Assembly: GCA_046727335.1 (NCBI GenBank)
Contig: JBKPCL010000036.1
Location: 1-35,678, forward strand
Length of the DNA stretch: 35,678 nt
Source: Actinomycetota bacterium
Lineage (GTDB): Bacteria > Actinomycetota > Acidimicrobiia > IMCC26256 > PALSA-610
Reading direction: 5' to 3'
A program made the translations under genes and the position numbers. Under the pieces are notes generated by a model that ran no database searches, had not been told where the DNA came from, and saw only the letters and a program-made list of their open reading frames with translations. Below, one piece after another: positions 7,499-14,808 of the stretch. Numbering within the stretch: position 1 is the first letter of the stretch; each line of letters begins with the position of its first letter.

Positions 7499-10293
7499 CA
7501 GCCGACGACGACGCTGTCCATGGTCACCGTGCACAGCGCACCGGCGTTGTGCGAGTTGTCCGCGAGGCCCGCGAGCAGCGTCGCCCCGACGTTCATGGTG
7601 AAGACGGATCCCGGGATGAGGGACCACGTCACCCCGTCAGCCGACGTGTACGCGCTGAACGTGTTCGCCGAACGACTGACCTTCAGGAAGACAGGCACCG
7701 TTCCGGTCGGGTTGGCGAGCTTGACGGTCGTGCCGCCCTGTGTTGCGCGCTCTTGCACCTTGATCCCGACACTGGGTGACACCAACACCGCGTAGTTGGG
7801 AGCACCGGCATCGCTACTCGCGCGGAGCATGACGCCGGCCTTGGCGTTGGTGCTGCTGTTCGTTTGGGTGATCACCTGCGCGCTGATGCTGCCGTCGCCC
7901 GTCAAGGACTGCGATACGAAATGGAACTGATCCGCGGTACCCGTGATGTCCGTGCCGCCACCGACGAGCGTCCACGTGCCGGTACCCGAATCGAAGGACT
8001 GAGTCCCCGCGAGCGCCGGGCTTCCAATGTCGGCGCAGGTCCACGGCGCCGGACATGGCAGCGGCGGCCCCGATGTGGTCGACGTCGTACTGCTGCTCGT
8101 CGTGCTCGTCGTGCTCGTCGAGGACGTCGACGACGAGCTTGTCGTCGAGCTCGTCGTGGTGGTCGTCGTGCTCGTCGGTGACGGCGGCGCCAGCGTTCCC
8201 GACAGCGAATCCATCGTCACGGTGCCCGCCACGCCGTTGTTGTGCGAAGTGACCGCGAGTCCCTCGAGAACTGTCGCGCCGAGGTTCATCGTGAAGGTCG
8301 AGCCGGCGATGAGGGACCAGTTCGCTCCGTCAGTAGACGTGAAGGACTTGAACGTCGAGCCCGCCCGCGTCACCTTCACGTACGCGGGGACCGTGCCTGT
8401 GGGGTTCGCGAGCTTGACCGTCGTACCACCCTGCGTGGATCGCTGTTGCACCTTGATCCCTTGTCCCGGTGTGACGACGACGCCGTAATACGGAGCGGCG
8501 GGATCCGTGCTCGCCCGCAACATGACGCCGGCCTTCGCCGCGGAGTTCATGCCCGCCATCGACGCCACGCGCGCCGCGATGTTGCCGTCGCCCGTCAGCG
8601 ACTGCCACACGAACCGGAACTGGTCGTTGGTCCCGCTGATGTCCGCGCCGCCCGCGGTGATGCTCCAAGCACCGGTGTTCGGATCGAAGAACTGGCTCCC
8701 CGCGGGCGTGGGATTTCCGATGTCGGCGCAGGTCCACGGCCCCGGACACGGAATGGGTGGCGCCGGTGCCGGCGGCTTGCCGGAGAGCACGATCGAGTCG
8801 ATCGTGGCCTGGCTCAACTGCGTGCCGTCGTTGGATGCGACGGCGAGACCAGCGAGCAGTTGTGATCCGAGCGCGGCCGGAGCCGACGATCCCGCGATCT
8901 TCTGCCAGACATAGCCGTCGGCAGAGTCATACGTCGTCAGCGTTCCTCCGATGTCGGCGACCCAGAGGTACGCGGGCGCGGCCCCCGCGAGGTTCACGAG
9001 GGAGACGGCCGGCCCTCCTTGAGTTGCTCGCTGCAGTACCGACACTCCGCTTCCCGGCGTGACGAACGCGGCGTAGTACGGCGCGCCGGGATCGGTACCG
9101 GCGCGCAGCATCACACCGGCCGGCGCCGCCGCGTTGGTGTTCGTCTGGGAACCGACGCGGGCACCGATTCCCACGTCAGGAGTCACGCTCTTCCACACGA
9201 AATGGAATTGATCCGACGTGTCGGTGACGCCACTACCTCCGCCCGCCACCGTCCAGGTGCCGGACGCCGCCGCGAAACTCTGAGCGCCAGCGGGCGTCGC
9301 TCCACCGATGTCGGCGGCGTTCCACGCGCTCGAGTCATCGGTCCACATCACCTCAGCGGTTTTGGACCGGAAGCTTCCGACCGACGTCACCGTCGCACGA
9401 ACGGCGTCTTCGCCCTCACCTTGTCCCGAAAACGTGAATGCAGCATGACCGTTCGAATCAGTCAAGACGCTCTGCGTGAGTCCGGCATCGGGGCCGCTTG
9501 TCACGTCGAACCGGACGGCGACGTTCGGGAGTCCGCCACCGCCTCCATCGAGGAGGCTCGCCGTTTCCGTCACCGATCCGCCGGCGAATTGCGTCACGGT
9601 TGCGGGACCGAGCGTCAGCGTGGCGAAGTTGCTTCCGGCGCTGCCGATCGCACGCCACTGGATGGACTCGTTGCGCTTGGGAGTGCAGGAACCGGCATCG
9701 ATACCCCCGCTGTCGAGGACGTGAGTGCTGTCCGCGAGGGTGGTCGGCACGCCGGCGATCGTGATCGTGACGGTTGGCGCGACCGTGAGCGGCGTGCAGT
9801 TCTTGTCGGGATAACTGCTCGTATCGAAGTTGTCGAACGTCGGATTGTTGTTCGGCGGGTTCTCGGTGAGGATCACGCTCTGTCCGGCGGGCACGGTGAA
9901 CGATCCCCAGAGGTTCGTGAAGACCTTGCCGCCCGGAACCGAGGAGTGATCGTCGACGTCGACTCGATCGACGTGCACCGGCGCCGGCCCCGGATTATCG
10001 AGTCGGATCGCACCGGCGTCGTAGCAAACCGTGAGGGTGCCACAGTTGCCGGCGCCGGGGAAGGTGCCGCCGAGAAAGACGGTGTTCGGCGCGCCCGCCC
10101 ACGGGACAGGGAAGGCGGGAGGATCCGGGGTGTTGATTTCCTTGTCCTCGGCGTATCCCACGAAGACGCCTAGTCCGGCCGGGGGTGTCGCGCGGGCCGT
10201 GCGGCTCGTCAGGGCGACTGCCACGGGGACACACAGTGACGCGAGCAACGCACTCGATGCGAGCACGGCTCGGGCGCGAATCGTTCGCTTCAT
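7498..10293 (-). CDS. Secreted multidomain protein: unknown N-terminal domain, bacterial Ig-like (Big_1-type) domain, three ConA-like/DUF1349-like modules, and a Ser/Thr-rich linker before the last module
   Basis: Preferred start is the ATG at 10293 (MKRTIRARAVLASSALLASLCVPVAVALTSRTARA signal peptide, GAGG RBS 6 nt upstream). The ORF is open to 10362. The Ig-like segment is GSVTETASLLDGGGGGLPNVAVRFDVTSGPDAG...SNGHAAFTF. The modules share the motifs of the gene at 2..3157 (CPGPWTCADIG at 8748, CPAPWTCADIG at 8055, AKAGVMLRA..DP.AP.Y). Confidence 0.85.
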   Translation of the reverse strand: MKRTIRARAVLASSALLASLCVPVAVALTSRTARATPPAGLGVFVGYAEDKEINTPDPPAFPVPWAGAPNTVFLGGTFPGAGNCGTLTVCYDAGAIRLDNPGPAPVHVDRVDVDDHSSVPGGKVFTNLWGSFTVPAGQSVILTENPPNNNPTFDNFDTSSYPDKNCTPLTVAPTVTITIAGVPTTLADSTHVLDSGGIDAGSCTPKRNESIQWRAIGSAGSNFATLTLGPATVTQFAGGSVTETASLLDGGGGGLPNVAVRFDVTSGPDAGLTQSVLTDSNGHAAFTFSGQGEGEDAVRATVTSVGSFRSKTAEVMWTDDSSAWNAADIGGATPAGAQSFAAASGTWTVAGGGSGVTDTSDQFHFVWKSVTPDVGIGARVGSQTNTNAAAPAGVMLRAGTDPGAPYYAAFVTPGSGVSVLQRATQGGPAVSLVNLAGAAPAYLWVADIGGTLTTYDSADGYVWQKIAGSSAPAALGSQLLAGLAVASNDGTQLSQATIDSIVLSGKPPAPAPPIPCPGPWTCADIGNPTPAGSQFFDPNTGAWSITAGGADISGTNDQFRFVWQSLTGDGNIAARVASMAGMNSAAKAGVMLRASTDPAAPYYGVVVTPGQGIKVQQRSTQGGTTVKLANPTGTVPAYVKVTRAGSTFKSFTSTDGANWSLIAGSTFTMNLGATVLEGLAVTSHNNGVAGTVTMDSLSGTLAPPSPTSTTTTTTSSTTSSSSTSSTSTTSTTSSSTTSTTSGPPLPCPAPWTCADIGSPALAGTQSFDSGTGTWTLVGGGTDITGTADQFHFVSQSLTGDGSISAQVITQTNSSTNAKAGVMLRASSDAGAPNYAVLVSPSVGIKVQERATQGGTTVKLANPTGTVPVFLKVSRSANTFSAYTSADGVTWSLIPGSVFTMNVGATLLAGLADNSHNAGALCTVTMDSVVVG
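8065..8186 (-). repeat. Low-complexity Ser/Thr linker (about 40 residues, PPSPTSTTTTTTSSTTSSSSTSSTSTTSTTSSSTTSTTSGPP)
   Basis: Read directly from the translation. On the plus strand it appears as reiterated GTCGTC/GCTCGTCGT units. Confidence 0.9.
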
Positions 10294-10467
10294 CGACGAC
10301 CTCACTCCGAGTCTCTGCCTCGCCCCGATGCAGGCGCGCCGATACGTCGGCGCAGCATCCATGTAGAGGCCGTCGGCTCCGACCTGATACGCCGATTGCT
10401 GCGAGAGCGAATCGTCGAGCCGTCCCTCCGCGTATCAGGGACCCCCGGCGACGCTCATATACGCGCT

Positions 10468-11526
10468 ATGCGCGCCAGGGTGCTGCTCGCCGTCCTGGGG
10501 TGTGCAGCCCTTCTCGCCGCATGCCTTGGGCCGCCGCCTCCTCCTCCCCCGCCACCGCCGCCGCCCCCCGCTGCGGTCTCGATCTGCGGCATGAGTTTCT
10601 GCGCGGGCGGACAACCGTGGTCGATGTACGGCTCGACGATCTACAACCCAGGCCTCACCCCGTACCTCTCGGGCATCAACAATCCCTCGGGCACGATCGA
10701 CCTCGTGAATCAGGCGCATCTCAACACGATCCGCATCACCAACTTCCTGGACAGGGAAGGTGATCCGTCGACTGCGCCGTATGACGCGACGCGCTGGGCG
10801 AAGGTGGACGCCATGATCGCCGCGGCCTATGCCGCCGGCCTGCACGTGATCCTGGGAATCTCGGACTATCGGTCGATGCTGTGGAACAACTGCATCAACC
10901 CCTACACAGCCGACTGGACGAACTTCATCACCTTCGTGGCGAACCGGGTCAACACCGTGACGCACGTCGCCTACAAGAACGATCCGACCATCGCCTTCGT
11001 CTCCATCGCTGGTGAGCCGCTCTCCGTCGGCGCGCACACGTTTACCGCGAAGGTCACCGGACACTCGTGCACGCTCAGTTACACGACGCAGCAGCTCACC
11101 GGCTTCTATCGCTCGACGACGACTGTCTGGCAGCACCAGCAGCCGTCGGTGCTCGTCAACTCCGGCGGCCTGACCTATCTCGACCTCGACGACTCCGGTA
11201 TTGACTGGCAAGCGATCTTCGCGCTTCCCACGGTCGCCTTCTGCGACATCAAGACCTATGGCGGGATGCTCGCGTGGGCGCCGAACGCGGTCTCCTACTG
11301 TCAATCGCTGGGCAAACCGATCGTCGACGAGGAGTTCGGCTGGCGCCAAAGCGTCGGCGACCGTGTGCGGAGTCAGAAGTTCGCGGACACCTACTCGGCA
11401 TTGAGGTCGATGCACTTCGCCGGAGTGGCGTTCTGGAATCTTGGTTACCAGCTCGGCGGGTCGAGTTATGAGGTCAATCCCGCGACGCACTACACGTTTG
11501 CGGTCGTGCGGAGCAACGCGCCGTGA
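10468..11526 (+). CDS. Lipoprotein glycoside hydrolase, clan GH-A / GH5-like (beta-mannanase-like TIM barrel) with a poly-proline tether
   Basis: Preferred start is the ATG at 10468 (MRARVLLAVLGCAALLAAC, lipobox LAAC). The ORF is open from 10396. Thirteen consecutive Pro codons lie at 10531-10569. YKNDPTIAFVSIAGEP is at the acid/base Glu position. GKPIVDEEFGW is at the nucleophile Glu position, typical of GH5 mannanases. Confidence 0.75.
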   Translation: MRARVLLAVLGCAALLAACLGPPPPPPPPPPPPPAAVSICGMSFCAGGQPWSMYGSTIYNPGLTPYLSGINNPSGTIDLVNQAHLNTIRITNFLDREGDPSTAPYDATRWAKVDAMIAAAYAAGLHVILGISDYRSMLWNNCINPYTADWTNFITFVANRVNTVTHVAYKNDPTIAFVSIAGEPLSVGAHTFTAKVTGHSCTLSYTTQQLTGFYRSTTTVWQHQQPSVLVNSGGLTYLDLDDSGIDWQAIFALPTVAFCDIKTYGGMLAWAPNAVSYCQSLGKPIVDEEFGWRQSVGDRVRSQKFADTYSALRSMHFAGVAFWNLGYQLGGSSYEVNPATHYTFAVVRSNAP

Positions 11527-12887
11527 CCGTCGATGCGGCCGTCGCCACAACTTCTCGAGGTTCCGGCCCGGCCCGGCTGACCGCGGCCGCGAAGCGGATC
11601 CCCCTTCCTGAGGGCACGTGGGCGATCGGCACCGGGCTCGTGATCATCGGCGTCACGACGTACGCCTTCCAGGTGCTTGCGGCCCGGCGCCTGTCGGATT
11701 CGGACTACGCCGCACTCAACGCCCTGTGGGCGATCGTGTTCGTCGTCACGCCCGGATTGTTCCTGCCACTCGAGCAGGAGGTCGCGCGCGCCCTCGCCCG
11801 CCGGCGCGCGTGCGGAGCCGGCGGCGCGCCGATCGTCAGGCGCGCCGCCGTGCTCGGTGGCGCGCTCGCAGGCGCGGTCATCGTGGGCGCCGCGATCTTC
11901 GCCAAGCCCATCGTGAACGAGCTCTTCAACGGCAACGCCGGCCTGCTGGTCGCGCTGATCGTCGCCGTCGCCTTCTACTACGTGGCGCATCTCGTGCGCG
12001 GCACGCTGGCCGGGAACGGCCGCTTCGGGTCGTACGGGTTGTACCACGGCACCGAAGGCACGGCACGCGTGACACTGTGCTTCGCTCTCTTCGCGATCGG
12101 CGCAACGGCATCGGGTCTCTATGGCTTGGCGCTCGCCGTCCCGCCGCTGCTCGCAGCGTTGATCGCGCTACGCGGGGAGCACGGTCTGCTGGTGCCCGGT
12201 CCCGACGCGCCCTACGCTGAGCTGTCGAGCGCGCTCGGACTCCTGTTGCTCGCGTCACTGCTCGCGCAACTCCTGTCGTACGCGCCCGTGCTTGCCGCGC
12301 AACTGCTCGCGGCACCGTCACAGAAGGATCTCGTCGCCAAGTTCGTGACCGGGTTCTTCGTCGCCCGCATTTCTCTGCTGCTCTTCCAGGCCGTCCAGGC
12401 CGCGCTGCTCCCGAAACTCTCGCGGCTGGCGGGCGAAGGACGGCACGACGACTTCCGGCGTGGCTTACGACAGCTCCTCATCGTGGTGATCGCCGTGTGC
12501 ACGATCGGCACGCTCGGCGCCGCGATTCTCGGCCCGACCATTGGTCGAATGCTCTTTCCGACCAAGTGGGTGTTCGGTTCGCGCGACCTCATGCTGCTGA
12601 CGCTCGGATCGAGCCTATTGATCATCGCCCTGACGCTCGCGCAGGGACTCATCGCACTCGAGGCGTTCGCGCGTGCGGCGTTGGCCTGGGCCGTCGGCGT
12701 CGCGGTGTTTCTGGTACCGCTCGCCCTCGTCCACGACTTGTTCCTTCGCACGGAACTTGCGTTCGTCGCCGGTTGTGCCGCGGCGACGATCGTGATGGCC
12801 GCGGCACTCGCCGTGCGCATGCGGCAGACTCGACCAAGGCTCGACGAGCTCGTCGAAGTGCTCGAACACGAGCCCGTGGAGGTCTAG
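11523..12887 (+). CDS. Polysaccharide-biosynthesis / MOP-superfamily (Wzx-like) flippase-like polytopic membrane protein
   Basis: GTGA overlap with the GH5 gene at 11523-11526. 454 aa with about 12-14 hydrophobic helices and no soluble domain. Assignment is by architecture and context. Confidence 0.6.
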   Translation: MTVDAAVATTSRGSGPARLTAAAKRIPLPEGTWAIGTGLVIIGVTTYAFQVLAARRLSDSDYAALNALWAIVFVVTPGLFLPLEQEVARALARRRACGAGGAPIVRRAAVLGGALAGAVIVGAAIFAKPIVNELFNGNAGLLVALIVAVAFYYVAHLVRGTLAGNGRFGSYGLYHGTEGTARVTLCFALFAIGATASGLYGLALAVPPLLAALIALRGEHGLLVPGPDAPYAELSSALGLLLLASLLAQLLSYAPVLAAQLLAAPSQKDLVAKFVTGFFVARISLLLFQAVQAALLPKLSRLAGEGRHDDFRRGLRQLLIVVIAVCTIGTLGAAILGPTIGRMLFPTKWVFGSRDLMLLTLGSSLLIIALTLAQGLIALEAFARAALAWAVGVAVFLVPLALVHDLFLRTELAFVAGCAAATIVMAAALAVRMRQTRPRLDELVEVLEHEPVEV

Positions 12888-12897
12888 GGGCGAGGGG

Positions 12898-14538
12898 TCA
12901 GCCGGTCGAGGCGATTCCGACGATGGACGCGGGAAGTGCATGTCCCGCGAGACTTCCGACAAAGGCGAGATTCGAGAAGTCGAACACCCCGCCGTCCGAC
13001 GACACCATGAGATAGCCGTTCCCGTAACGGACCATGCCGACGATGGGACGGTTGAGCCGCGTCCCGCCCATCGAGCCGCGGTACGGCGCGTTGAAGGCGA
13101 AGATGCCGCCGTCGGACGCGACGAGCCAGTAGCCGCCCCCGCTCGCGGTCGGGACGAGATCGATCACGGGCCGGTTGAGGTGGTGACCGCCCATCGAGCC
13201 GTAGTAGTGCGCGTCTCCGAACGTGAAGATGCCGCCGTCCGCTCCGACCATGTAGTAGCCATGGCCGGTCGACGTCGCAACCGAACCGACGATCGGTGCG
13301 TTGAGCCGAGTTGCACTCATGTCGCCGTAGCGATGGGCGTCTCCGAACGCAAACACGCGGCCGCGGGACGTGAAGAGCCAGTATCCCTGTCCGGTTGCGG
13401 TCGACGACAGGCTTCGCACTGATTCCCCCGCACCGAGGGCCGGCGAGTTGCCGTGCCACGCGGCATTGCCGAAGCCGAACACTTGACCGGCCGCGTTGAC
13501 GATCCAGTACCCGCGCCGATTCGGCGTCGGCTCGATGTGCACGACCGCGCCCGTGCGCGCACCGCCGTAGTACTGCACGACGCCGAACGCGTAGACCTGG
13601 CCGGTCGCGCCGACCATCCAATAGCCGGTCGTCGCATGTGCAGGCGGCGGCGCAGGCGTTGATGACGGGACTGTGTTTCCGCAGTCGATGCCGGCGTTGA
13701 TGCAATGGGTGACGAGCAGGTTCAACGTGGCGGGTGTCCACGCGTTGAACCAGTCGCCGTGCTCGCTGTAGTACGAGCCCGACGACAGCGTGATGCTCCC
13801 GCGACCATCGATGCCGGGCGGATACTTCACTTCGAGGTTGACCTGCGGGAGCGGAACCGGATGGCCGGCCGGGCATGCGTTGTTGATCGACGCCGCCATG
13901 TGCGAGAGATGGTCAGCGGAGTCGAGATGCACGCCATCCCAACAATCGGGGAATCGGATCCGCATCTTCAACACGCTGCCGGTCGGACACACTGGAGGCG
14001 AGGCGACGCCCGGCATGCTGGCGCCGGAGCACGCCCATGCGATGTGCGCGAGATCGTTCTGGAAGCTCGTCGCCTTGGCGTTCCCCATCACGATCCTGAG
14101 CCCGGCCGGCGGCGTGGCGAGCGCACCGCCGACCTTGTCGCGGTAATACACCTGCGCTGTGGTCGGATCGACGGCTGAGCCGTTGAAGAACAGCGACGGC
14201 ACCCAGTAGCCGGAGCGATCCTGAGCGATGTCACACGTCGTTCCATGCGCCGACAATGACGCGAACGTCGAGAACGCGTTGGTCGACGTGTTGCCGAAGA
14301 AGTTGTGCATGTGCGACGCGCCGGGAACTCCCGGATGCACAATCGGATCATCGGGAAGCGAGTGCGAGAACACACAGTTGGTGTGGAACACACCGCCGCC
14401 GGGACCCGTCGCAACCAATTGCGCGGGCAACGTCGATTGGACCCGACGATCGACGCGAGTGGTGGTCGATGACGCGCACGCGCTCAGTGCGAACATCGCA
14501 AGGGCAACGACACCTGCAATGTGAAGACGAAATCGCAT
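12898..14538 (-). CDS. Lipoprotein fusing an N-terminal DUF1996 domain to six ~42-aa GYW...DGG[IV]F.FG repeats (predicted beta-propeller)
   Basis: Preferred start is the ATG at 14538 (MRFRLHIAGVVALAMFALSAC lipobox, GAGGAG RBS 5 nt upstream). The ORF is open to 14601. The DUF1996 hallmark is DDPIVHPGVPGASHMHNFFGN. Repeats such as GGGYWLVASDGGIFAFNAPYRGSMGGTRLNRPIVGM lie at about 12901-13630. Confidence 0.85.
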   Translation of the reverse strand: MRFRLHIAGVVALAMFALSACASSTTTRVDRRVQSTLPAQLVATGPGGGVFHTNCVFSHSLPDDPIVHPGVPGASHMHNFFGNTSTNAFSTFASLSAHGTTCDIAQDRSGYWVPSLFFNGSAVDPTTAQVYYRDKVGGALATPPAGLRIVMGNAKATSFQNDLAHIAWACSGASMPGVASPPVCPTGSVLKMRIRFPDCWDGVHLDSADHLSHMAASINNACPAGHPVPLPQVNLEVKYPPGIDGRGSITLSSGSYYSEHGDWFNAWTPATLNLLVTHCINAGIDCGNTVPSSTPAPPPAHATTGYWMVGATGQVYAFGVVQYYGGARTGAVVHIEPTPNRRGYWIVNAAGQVFGFGNAAWHGNSPALGAGESVRSLSSTATGQGYWLFTSRGRVFAFGDAHRYGDMSATRLNAPIVGSVATSTGHGYYMVGADGGIFTFGDAHYYGSMGGHHLNRPVIDLVPTASGGGYWLVASDGGIFAFNAPYRGSMGGTRLNRPIVGMVRYGNGYLMVSSDGGVFDFSNLAFVGSLAGHALPASIVGIASTG

Positions 14539-14808
14539 CGGGTCTCCTCGTGATGAACGTGTCGACCGAGCGGGATTCCGTTCCCTAACTGCAGTGCGCA
14601 ACCGGCGCCGGAAGATGCAAGTTTACGACTCGAAGGCCCACACAGGCTGGACCAATCCGCGGAAAGTTGACCCACTCTTCACTTGTCACCATCGCGCGCG
14701 CACCGCTGTTCGTCTCCCACGCGAAGACCGTTGGGACGTGGGATACGTGCGGTTCACCTTCGTTCCGTACGTTCGAGATGCGACCCCTACGTCGAAGGGA
14801 GTGCATCC

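Noticed and set aside
14602-14808. Attempt to call -35/-10 promoter elements in the divergent region (TTGACC at about 14667) and in 6402-6512
   Set aside because: No acceptable -10 hexamer lies at the correct spacing. Actinobacterial promoters are too degenerate to call by eye, so none are reported.
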